Positions 8,818 through 15,779 of a stretch of 64,000 nt of DNA are shown here, one piece after another. The notes below the pieces were generated by a model. The model ran no database searches, was not told the DNA's origin, and saw only the letters and a program-made list of their open reading frames with translations. Location of the stretch: NCBI RefSeq assembly GCF_025699295.1, contig NZ_JAILWB010000018.1:1309-65308 (forward strand), in the 5' to 3' direction. The stretch's first letter is position 1, and the number at the start of each line of letters is the position of its first letter. Position numbers and translations under genes: made by a program. The DNA is from Hydrogenophaga sp. Lineage in GTDB: Bacteria > Pseudomonadota > Gammaproteobacteria > Burkholderiales > Burkholderiaceae_C.

Positions 8818-9630
8818 TTGAACGTGACCCCGCGAGTTGTCGGCAATGCAACCCTGCACCTGGGCGACTGCCTGGAGCTGATGAAGGCCATCCCTGACGC
8901 AAGCGTCGATCTGATCCTGTGCGACCTGCCGTATGGGACAACGGCCTGCAAGTGGGACAGCGTTCTTCCCTTTGAGGCGCTGTGGGAGCAATACCGACGC
9001 ATAGCGAAGCCGACAGCTGCCATTGTTCTGACTGCGGCTCAGCCATTCACAACGGCTCTGATCGCCAGCAACATGCGCGAGTTCGCCTATTGTTGGGTCT
9101 GGGATAAGAAGTTCGCCGCGAACTTCGTGCAGGCGAAGCGTATGCCGCTGCGCGTGCACGAGGACGTTGTTGTCTTTTGCATCTCGGGGAAAACTCCGAC
9201 CTACTACCCGCAGATGACCCGGCGCGACACGCCAATCAAGAAGGGTGGCAACAAGCAGTCCGCCGCCATCCCGATACGACAGACAGAAACCTCTGTAGCC
9301 TTCTCAGCAGCAGGCAAGACATACGATGAGAAGTGCCCGGAGACGATCATCGAGTTCAACTGTCGTGAAGGGCGCGGGCTTCACCCGACACAAAAGCCAG
9401 TCGCCCTGATGGAATACCTGATCCGCACTTACACCAACGAAGGTGAAACGGTGCTCGACAACTGCATGGGCAGCGGAACCACTGGTGTTGCATGTGTGAA
9501 CACAGGTCGCAGGTTTATCGGAATGGAGCTGATGCCGGAATACTTTGAAATTGCCAGTGAGCGGATCGAGCTGGCTGCTACCCCAGTACAGCCAGAACAG
9601 CCAGACCTGCTGGAAATGGCCGGGGCTTGA
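8818..9630 (+). CDS. orphan site-specific DNA methyltransferase (beta-class N6-adenine/N4-cytosine, phage-like)
   Basis: Catalytic DLPY (DPPY-type motif IV) lies near the N-terminus. HPTQKP and the AdoMet motif LDNCMGSGTTGVA lie near the C-terminus, giving the beta-class motif order. No endonuclease gene is adjacent. The start is TTG 8818 or GTG 8824. Confidence 0.85.
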   Translation: MNVTPRVVGNATLHLGDCLELMKAIPDASVDLILCDLPYGTTACKWDSVLPFEALWEQYRRIAKPTAAIVLTAAQPFTTALIASNMREFAYCWVWDKKFAANFVQAKRMPLRVHEDVVVFCISGKTPTYYPQMTRRDTPIKKGGNKQSAAIPIRQTETSVAFSAAGKTYDEKCPETIIEFNCREGRGLHPTQKPVALMEYLIRTYTNEGETVLDNCMGSGTTGVACVNTGRRFIGMELMPEYFEIASERIELAATPVQPEQPDLLEMAGA

Positions 9631-9667
9631 CCAAGCCCCGCTAACAGACTTGCCCGTGATTCCTCAC

Positions 9668-9693
9668 AGCCTCCCACGCGGAGGCTTTTCTTT
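9668..9693 (+). terminator. rho-independent terminator after the methyltransferase
   Basis: AGCCTCC cacgc GGAGGCT followed by TTTCTTT. Confidence 0.7.
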
Positions 9694-9749
9694 GCCCGTT
9701 ACCATCTGTGCGTTCAAGTTCGAACGAAATCCAACTGAGGAGCACACGA

Positions 9750-9935
9750 ATGGCGAAAGCGGCATACAAGGTCGGAGATGTTGTGAAACTGAAGTCAGGT
9801 GGGCCTGACATGACGGTCAAGAGAATCATTCCATCAAGCACACAGAGCGACTCTTACGAGTGCCAGTGGTTCGCAGGCAAGGGTTTGCAGAATGGCATAT
9901 TCGCCCAAGAGTCACTTGAACCCAAGCAGCCGTGA
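9750..9935 (+). CDS. DUF2158 (YodC-like) small protein
   Basis: 61 aa. YKVGDVVKLKSGGPDMTV...CQWF.GK is the hallmark of the YodC/DUF2158 family. GAGGAG lies 8 nt upstream of ATG 9750. Confidence 0.7.
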   Translation: MAKAAYKVGDVVKLKSGGPDMTVKRIIPSSTQSDSYECQWFAGKGLQNGIFAQESLEPKQP

Positions 9936-10198
9936 CCGCTGACGACGCAGCGAAGTGGATGCTTGGGCAGCTGGACGCAGACGGCTGCATCTACCAAGAC
10001 GACGTTGTTGACTACTTAGTCAAGGGCGGTGCCGAAGAGCTGTTGCGCGAGAACGCAGACGGCAATCTAGTGCTCGGTCGCCCACTGCTTGATGCGTTCA
10101 AGAAGGTATCCGCAACCACGGTTGTGTGGGTTCGCGCTGGTTTCTACTGGCGCTGGCGAGTTGCCGAGGACGAAGACGGTCGCGATGCCATTGGGTAG
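9932..10198 (+). CDS. hypothetical 88-aa protein
   Basis: The ORF has a GTG start overlapping the upstream stop (GTGA). Its composition is coding-like (acidic, W-rich C-terminus WVRAGFYWRWRV). I do not recognise the family. ATG 9959 is an alternative start. Confidence 0.5.
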   Translation: MTADDAAKWMLGQLDADGCIYQDDVVDYLVKGGAEELLRENADGNLVLGRPLLDAFKKVSATTVVWVRAGFYWRWRVAEDEDGRDAIG

Positions 10199-10253
10199 CC
10201 CTTGTTCAGCGCACCAATTTAACCCACTGAACCCCCCAAAAATCCACATCAGA

Positions 10254-10275
10254 TTGACGGTATTCTTGACGGTAT
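10254..10275 (+). repeat. tandem 10-mer TTGACGGTAT x2 with a 12-bp period (candidate arm-type recombinase site)
   Basis: TTGACGGTAT tc TTGACGGTAT. It has the same 12-bp period and the same GGTATCGG core as 8560-8582, and lies about 50 nt inside the right repeat. Confidence 0.5.
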
Positions 10276-10325
10276 CGGAGGTACAATCGCCCCGCAACCC
10301 GCATGAATGCTGGGGATTCGGTGTT

Positions 10326-10339
10326 CGTCCACTCCGCCA
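10326..10339 (+). repeat. right copy of the 14-bp direct repeat (attR core)
   Basis: CGTCCACTCCGCCA. The 28 nt ending at 10339 match the tRNA-Asp 3' half at 21/28 positions. Confidence 0.8.
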
Positions 10340-10345
10340 GAAATC

Positions 10346-10385
10346 AACGGGTTGCAGCAGAAATGCCGCAGCCCGTTTTTCTTTT
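10346..10385 (+). terminator. rho-independent terminator, probably the ancestral tRNA-operon terminator displaced by the islet
   Basis: AACGGGTTGCAGC agaaat GCCGCAGCCCGTT followed by TTTTTCTTTT, starting 7 nt after the attR repeat. Confidence 0.65.
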
Positions 10386-10428
10386 GGCGGCGCCGCGCAT
10401 CGAAGCGCTCGCTGCCTTCACCTCCCCT

Positions 10429-10456
10429 CTTGAAATCGTTTCTCCCGCGCCTATCT
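10429..10456 (+). promoter_or_regulatory. sigma32 (RpoH)-type heat-shock promoter
   Basis: CTTGAAA (10429-10435), 13-14 nt, then GCCTATCT (10449-10456), compared with the consensus CTTGAAA-N13-14-CCCCATNT. It lies 65 nt upstream of the first hsp20 gene. Confidence 0.55.
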
Positions 10457-10520
10457 CCTTGTCCGGAAGCGCTGGAGACGCCTCCGGCGCTCTGTTCAAC
10501 CCTGAATGGAGGTATTCGCC

Positions 10521-10958
10521 ATGTACCGATCCCTGTTCCCGCGCGACGTGTTCGCCGAGATGGATCGCCTGCAACGCGAGATGCAGCAGGCCTTCGATCT
10601 GTCTCCCACCATCCGCGGCTTTGCCCGCAATGGCTTTCCCGCCCTGAATGTCGGTGGGACGCCCCAAACCATCGAGATCTATGCCTTCGCGCCCGGTGTC
10701 GATCCGGCTTCGCTCGAGGTGGATCTCGAGCGGGGCCTGCTGACGATCAGCGGTGAGCGCAAGAACCCGTTGCCCGATACCGACAGCAAGGCGACCGTGC
10801 ACATCAATGAACGCTTCGAGGGCCGCTTCCGCCGGGTGCTGACCCTGCCGGACGACGCCGATCCGGACGCGGTCGACGCGAACCTGCGCGACGGCGTGCT
10901 GCACGTCACCATCCAGCGGCGCGCCTCCGCGCAGCCGCGCCGCATTGCCATCCACTGA
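10521..10958 (+). CDS. Hsp20/alpha-crystallin family small heat-shock protein
   Basis: Alpha-crystallin domain (IEIYAFAPGVDP..LEVDLERGLLTISGER...ERFEGRFRRVLTLP...A.L.DGVLHVTI). GGAGG lies 8 nt before ATG 10521. Confidence 0.9.
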   Translation: MYRSLFPRDVFAEMDRLQREMQQAFDLSPTIRGFARNGFPALNVGGTPQTIEIYAFAPGVDPASLEVDLERGLLTISGERKNPLPDTDSKATVHINERFEGRFRRVLTLPDDADPDAVDANLRDGVLHVTIQRRASAQPRRIAIH

Positions 10959-10985
10959 GAACACGCCGCAAGAAAGGAGCGCACC

Positions 10986-11417
10986 ATGAACAGCAGCAGC
11001 AACATCATGCAGATGGCCCAGCCGGCGCGTCAACCGAACGAGGTGGCGCGCCATGCGCGGCCCGGCGGCGAACCGCGCCAGAGCGAGGCTGCATTGACCC
11101 CGCCCGTGGATGTGATCGAGGACGCCAATGGCATCACCCTGTACGCGGACCTGCCCGGCGTCAGCCGCGACAAGCTGAACCTGCAGGTGGAGTCGGACAC
11201 GCTCACCATCGAGGGCGAGTCGGACCTGGCCGCGCCGCAGGGCCTGACGTCCAGCCACACCGAGGTGGGCCTGGCGCGGTTCCGGCGCGCGTTCACCCTG
11301 AGCAAGGAGCTGGACACCGAGCGGGTGGAGGCCGAACTGGCGCAAGGCGTGCTGAAGCTGCGCATTCCGAAGGCGGCGCATGCGCAACCCCGGCGCATCG
11401 ACGTGAAGCTGGCCTGA
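10986..11417 (+). CDS. Hsp20/alpha-crystallin family small heat-shock protein (second paralogue)
   Basis: PPVDVIEDANGITLYADLPGV...LNLQVESDTLTIEGE...FRRAFTLS...A.L..GVLKLRIPK. AAGGAG precedes the ATG. Confidence 0.9.
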   Translation: MNSSSNIMQMAQPARQPNEVARHARPGGEPRQSEAALTPPVDVIEDANGITLYADLPGVSRDKLNLQVESDTLTIEGESDLAAPQGLTSSHTEVGLARFRRAFTLSKELDTERVEAELAQGVLKLRIPKAAHAQPRRIDVKLA

Positions 11418-11428
11418 GGCGTGCGGGC

Positions 11429-11475
11429 AATCGCAGGCGGGCGCGATTCGAGCAACATGCCGCTCGCCTGCGATT
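11429..11475. terminator. long hairpin between convergent genes (possible bidirectional terminator)
   Basis: AATCGCAGGCG (11429-11439) pairs with CGCCTGCGATT (11465-11475). There is no clear T-run on either side. Confidence 0.4.
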
Positions 11476-11488
11476 CATTCCGAAAACG

Positions 11489-12619
11489 TCATCGCGCTCC
11501 TCGGGCGTCCAGCGCCACCGCCAGCTGCGCCGCGATGTGGCGCACCTCGGACTCATCCAGCGCCACCAGTTCCAGATGCACCAGGGCGTTTTCCAGGCCA
11601 TGCTCCATCACCCGGATGCTCGGACGCCCTGATGCGAGGATGCCGACTACGTCCCTGGCCGCGGCCACGCCGCCCCTGAACGCGAGCCGGATCCGCTGAA
11701 ACGGCATGCCCGCCGGGTCGTCTTCCGCGCGGACATCGAGGTCCTGCCGATGGTGCAGCAGGTCCATCAGCAATGCCACTTTGTTGTCCTGCCGGGCCCG
11801 CCAGCCAGCGGTATCCAGCTGCGAGCGTTCCTCCAGCGCCGCCAGCACGCCGAGGACGGCTTCCTTGGAGGGTTTCATGGCGCGGCCGATGCCGCGTTCC
11901 TGTGCCCTGAAGGCGTCGATGAAGGCCTGGGTACCGAGGACCAGGCCGGCGGTCGGGGAGGCAAGGTATTTGTGGGCGCTCACCAGGATGGCGTCGGCCC
12001 CGGTGCGCAGCAGTTCCGGCACGCGCAGGTCCTGCGCGGCGCCGTCGATGACGGTCGGGATGCGGCGTGCACGCGCCAGGGCCACCGCACCCGCCCAGTC
12101 GAAATCCTGGAACGCGGTCAGCCGCGACGACACCAGCAGCAGGCCGCAGACGCCGGGTGTGTCCAGGCAGCGTTCGAGTTCGGCCAGCGGCAGAGAAGAC
12201 CGGTCGCCCGCCCTGAGCGCGCGCGCGCCGGCCAGGCGGATGTCCGTCAGGATGGGGTGTCCATAGTCCACGCAATGCCCCTCGGGGATCACCACCGTGT
12301 GGCGGCGGTCCGCCACATCGGGCAGGTCGGCGACCGCGGCCGCATCGGTGCCCGTGATGCAGGCCGCGACGGCCTGCGTGATGGCGGCGCTGGCGCAGTG
12401 CGTGACCGCGCCAGCCTGTGCACCGCTGAACGCCGCCAGTTGCCGGGAGGCCAGTTGCTGCAGTTCCTCGATGACGAAGAAGGCCTGCAGCGCCTGCGCC
12501 GTCTGGCGGGCCACGAACGCAGAAGAGCGCGATACCCCGAGCGGGGTGTAGGAGCCGGCGGCGTTGATGACAGGGGTGAGCCCGTACTTGTCGTGCAGGG
12601 TGGTCGTCGGGTTGTTCAT
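11489..12619 (-). CDS. SelA/DgaE-like PLP-dependent enzyme (aminotransferase class V fold)
   Basis: 376 aa. PVINAAGSYTPLG near the N-terminus and the putative PLP lysine in SAHKYLASPTAG resemble the SelA-like / D-glucosaminate-6-phosphate ammonia-lyase family. The substrate is unknown. Confidence 0.6.
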   Translation of the reverse strand: MNNPTTTLHDKYGLTPVINAAGSYTPLGVSRSSAFVARQTAQALQAFFVIEELQQLASRQLAAFSGAQAGAVTHCASAAITQAVAACITGTDAAAVADLPDVADRRHTVVIPEGHCVDYGHPILTDIRLAGARALRAGDRSSLPLAELERCLDTPGVCGLLLVSSRLTAFQDFDWAGAVALARARRIPTVIDGAAQDLRVPELLRTGADAILVSAHKYLASPTAGLVLGTQAFIDAFRAQERGIGRAMKPSKEAVLGVLAALEERSQLDTAGWRARQDNKVALLMDLLHHRQDLDVRAEDDPAGMPFQRIRLAFRGGVAAARDVVGILASGRPSIRVMEHGLENALVHLELVALDESEVRHIAAQLAVALDARGAR

Positions 12620-12635
12620 GTGCGAAACCCGCGTC

Positions 12636-13547
12636 TCAGACCGCGCGCTCCAGCCAGCGCAGCTTCACCAGCCCGGTGGCCAGCGCCGTGCCGCACACGA
12701 TCACCATGCCGCAGCCGACCATCCAGGGTGTGATGGTTTCGCCCAGCAGGGTGGCGCCGTAGAACAGCGCGAACACCGGCACCAGGAAGGTGACGGTCAG
12801 CGCGCGGCTGGGGCCGGCTTGGGCAATGATGCGGAAGAACAGGATGTAGGCGATGGCCGTGCACAGCAGGCCCACCGCCAGCAACGCGCCCCAGGCAGTG
12901 GCGCTTGCAGGCTGGCTGGGCCAGAACCAGATCGTGGGCAGGGCCAGGCCGAGCGCGGCCCCGATCTGGCTGCCTGTGGCCGTGGCCAGAGGGTGGGCGC
13001 CCGTGAGGTAGCGCTTGGTGAAGCTGGCCGCCACGCCGTAGCACAGCGTGGCCAGCAGGCAGGCACCCATGGCCAGCAGGGTGGTGGCGATGTCGTCTGC
13101 GCCGGCCGCACCAGGGAGGCTGAAGCCGGACTTGCCGAGCACCAGCAGCGTGACGCCGATGAAGCCGATGGCCAGACCCAGCATGCGCGAGCCGTCGGGG
13201 CGGTCCTTGAGCCAGAGCCAGGCCACCAGCGCGCCCGAGAGTGGCACCGTGGCGTTGAGGATGGAACTCAGCCCGGTGCTGATGTGCAGCACGGCGAACG
13301 CAAACAGGGCGAACGGCAGGCCCGAATTGAGCAGGCCGACGAACAGGATGAGTCTGGCGCGCGCACGGAAGTCGGCCCACACGCCCTTGACCAGGAACGC
13401 TGGCAGCAGGAACAGGGCGGCCAGCGTGACACGCATGCCTGCGGTGGGCAGGGCGCCGAACTCCGCCGCGCCCAGGTGCATGAAGAGAAAGGACGCGCCC
13501 CAGAGCGCGGCGAGCAGCACGAATTCGAGGGCGAGGGCCGGGGTCAT
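12636..13547 (-). CDS. DMT-superfamily (EamA) transporter
   Basis: About 10 hydrophobic segments with two EamA-like halves. Start moved to the internal ATG 13547 (MTPALALEFVLLAALWG...). Confidence 0.8.
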   Translation of the reverse strand: MTPALALEFVLLAALWGASFLFMHLGAAEFGALPTAGMRVTLAALFLLPAFLVKGVWADFRARARLILFVGLLNSGLPFALFAFAVLHISTGLSSILNATVPLSGALVAWLWLKDRPDGSRMLGLAIGFIGVTLLVLGKSGFSLPGAAGADDIATTLLAMGACLLATLCYGVAASFTKRYLTGAHPLATATGSQIGAALGLALPTIWFWPSQPASATAWGALLAVGLLCTAIAYILFFRIIAQAGPSRALTVTFLVPVFALFYGATLLGETITPWMVGCGMVIVCGTALATGLVKLRWLERAV

Positions 13548-13649
13548 GGCGTCAGATTGTGCATGCCGGCAGGGGCTGGCTGTGCCGGCGATTGATGCCG
13601 TGTGGGGCGTGGATTGATGAGTGGGCCGGCACAATGCCGGCCCGGCCGG

Positions 13650-14150
13650 TCAGACCAGGACAGCGCCCTCCAGTGCCAGCAGCGCGGTCTTGCGCTCCAG
13701 CCCGCCGGCGTAGCCGGTGAGCGAGCCGTCGGCGCCGAGCACGCGGTGACAGGGCACGACGATGCTCACCGGGTTGCGGCCGACCGCCGCGCCCAGCGCG
13801 CGCACGGCGGCGGGTTTGCCGATGGACGTGCTCAGGCTGCCGTAGCTGGTGGTGGCACCGGGCGCGATGCCCAGCAGCGCCTGCCACACCCGCTGCTGGA
13901 ACGGGGTGCCGCCCTGCAGGTCCAGCGGCAATTCGAAGCGCATTCGTTGCCCCGCGAAGTACTGGCCCAGTTGCTCGATGGCCTGCTGCAGCACCGGGTG
14001 CGCCGGGTCGCGCCGCCAGATCGAGGTGTCGGGCCCATGGCGCTGGCCGTCGAACCAGACGCCGCTGAGGCCGCGCGGCGTGGCAGCCAGCGTCATCGCG
14101 CCGAGCGGGCCCGGCCAGGTGGTGAAAACGGTGAAGGGATCGTGCTTCAT
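13650..14150 (-). CDS. ogt: methylated-DNA--protein-cysteine methyltransferase
   Basis: Active-site motif VPCHRVLG and the TTSYG..S.....PAAVRALGAAVGRNP helix-turn-wing region. Confidence 0.9.
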   Translation of the reverse strand: MKHDPFTVFTTWPGPLGAMTLAATPRGLSGVWFDGQRHGPDTSIWRRDPAHPVLQQAIEQLGQYFAGQRMRFELPLDLQGGTPFQQRVWQALLGIAPGATTSYGSLSTSIGKPAAVRALGAAVGRNPVSIVVPCHRVLGADGSLTGYAGGLERKTALLALEGAVLV

Positions 14151-15673
14151 GGTGACAAGGCTCCAGGGGTGGGGACGACGCGGCCGGCCGACCAGGCCCG
14201 CACGACGGCGTAGCTGCGCCAGGGTTTCCAGGCGAGCGAGAGGGCTTCGGCCTCGCGGGCCGGGTGCTTGCTGTCCTGCACGCCCAGCGCCTTGTGCAGG
14301 GCCACGTCGCCCGCGGGAAAGGCATCGGGCCAGCGCAGGGCGCGCATGGCGATGTACTGCGCGGTCCAGTCGCCGATGCCGGGCAAGGCCTTGAGCGCAT
14401 CGAGCGTGGTGGACACATCGGCGCTGCCATTGAGCACCAGGCCCTGCGTGGCCACCGCGCGCGCCAGCGCCACGATGGCCGCCTGGCGCTGCCGGACGAT
14501 GCCCAGCTCACCCAGCGCGTCGCCGCCCGCCTGCGCCAGCACCTCCGGCGCCGGGAACAGCCGCGTGAGCGGTGCGAACGGTGTCTCGATCGGTTCCCCG
14601 AAGCGGTTCACCAGGCGCTGCGCGAGCGTGCGCGCGGCCGCCACCGTGATCTGCTGGCCGAGCACCGCGCGCACGGCCAGCTCGAAGCCGTCCAGCGCGC
14701 CCGGCACGCGCAGGCCATCACCTTCGGGAAACGGGCCGTGCAGCACCTCGTTGATGGCACCGGGGTCGGCGTCCAGGTCGAGTGCGGCGCGCAGGCGGTG
14801 GATCACCTGGGGCAGCACCTCGCGCAGGGAGTCCCCGACGCGCAGCGTGAGCTGGAAGCGTGTTTCGTCGAAGCTGGCCACCAGCCAACCGGTGTGCGTG
14901 CGTCCCCCGACCTCCATGCGCAGGGTCTGGCCGAGCCGCAGGTCGTCATCCAGAAAGGCCACGCCCTCGATCATGCGCTGGCGCAGAAAGCCCAGCGTGG
15001 CCGCCACGTCGTACGGGGGCCGGTAGCCCAGGCGCACGGCCGTGCCATGGCCCGTGTCGCGTCCCTTGCCGGTGGCCTCGCGCCGCAGCTGCGTCGGATT
15101 GAGCCGGTAGTGGTCGAGAAACGCGGCGTTGAAGCGGCGCACGCTGCCAAAACCGCTGGCCAGCGCGATCTGCGTCACCGGCAGGTCGGTGTCGGCCAGC
15201 AGCTGCTTGGCGGTGAGCAGCTTGCGCGTGAGCAGGTACTGCAGCGGCGAGACACCCAGCCGCTCCTCGAAGACGCGGCGCAGGTGGCGGTCGCTCACGC
15301 CCAGGCGGGCCGCCAGGCGCGCGCCCAGGGCGCCGGCGTCGTCCAGCCAGTGCTGCGGGTCGTCCAGCCAGCGCGTGGCCTGCTGCGTCAGGATGGCCGA
15401 GGCGTCCTCCATCGACCAGTGGCGCTCCAGCGGCGCGAGTTCGGGCCGGCAGCGCAGGCAGGGGCGAAAGCCCGCATGCTCGGCCTGGGCCGCGTGGGCG
15501 AAAAAGCGGCAGTTCTCGCGCCGCGGCGTGCGCACGCGGCAGACCGGGCGGCAGTAGATGCCGGTGGAGGTGACGGCGGTGAAGAAGCGCCCGTCGAAGC
15601 GCGCGTCGTGCGAGCACAGCGCGCGGTAGCAGGCGTCGTCGTCAATGCGGTCGGTCGGGTTCATGGCAGCCAT
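14147..15673 (-). CDS. fused AdaA (methylphosphotriester-sensing Zn domain + AraC HTH) / AlkA DNA-3-methyladenine glycosylase II
   Basis: N-terminal Cys4 Ada Zn domain (FFTAVTSTGIYCRPVCR...FRPCLRCRP), an AraC-type HTH (SPLQYLLTRKL..AKQLL...V.QIALASGFGSVRRFN), then an HhH-GPD glycosylase (LPGIGDWTAQYIAMRAL). The stop overlaps the ogt start (ATGA). Start is ATG 15673 or 15664. Confidence 0.85.
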   Translation of the reverse strand: MAAMNPTDRIDDDACYRALCSHDARFDGRFFTAVTSTGIYCRPVCRVRTPRRENCRFFAHAAQAEHAGFRPCLRCRPELAPLERHWSMEDASAILTQQATRWLDDPQHWLDDAGALGARLAARLGVSDRHLRRVFEERLGVSPLQYLLTRKLLTAKQLLADTDLPVTQIALASGFGSVRRFNAAFLDHYRLNPTQLRREATGKGRDTGHGTAVRLGYRPPYDVAATLGFLRQRMIEGVAFLDDDLRLGQTLRMEVGGRTHTGWLVASFDETRFQLTLRVGDSLREVLPQVIHRLRAALDLDADPGAINEVLHGPFPEGDGLRVPGALDGFELAVRAVLGQQITVAAARTLAQRLVNRFGEPIETPFAPLTRLFPAPEVLAQAGGDALGELGIVRQRQAAIVALARAVATQGLVLNGSADVSTTLDALKALPGIGDWTAQYIAMRALRWPDAFPAGDVALHKALGVQDSKHPAREAEALSLAWKPWRSYAVVRAWSAGRVVPTPGALSP

Positions 15674-15779
15674 GGTAGGCCTTGCGGGCGAAGCTGGCTG
15701 GCCGTTTCCGGACATGTGCATCCGGGTGCCGGGATACCCCCTCCTACAATCGCGGTTTTGCCCTTCACAGGAACCGTCC

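Larger units (their letters stand above)
8397..10339. mobile_element. integrase-less genomic islet inserted in the tRNA-Asp 3' end (remnant or non-autonomous integrative element)
   Basis: Bounded by the exact 14-bp direct repeat CGTCCACTCCGCCA. The interior is visibly lower in GC than the flanks. Cargo is an orphan methyltransferase and two small ORFs, and no recombinase ORF is present. A tRNA-type terminator sits just outside the right repeat. Confidence 0.6.

Noticed and set aside
10254-10286. TTGACG ... TACAAT as a sigma70 promoter at the right end of the islet
   Set aside because: The two TTGACG copies lie 22 and 10 nt from TACAAT. Neither spacing is compatible with a -35/-10 pair, so the hexamers are better explained as part of the 12-bp tandem repeat.
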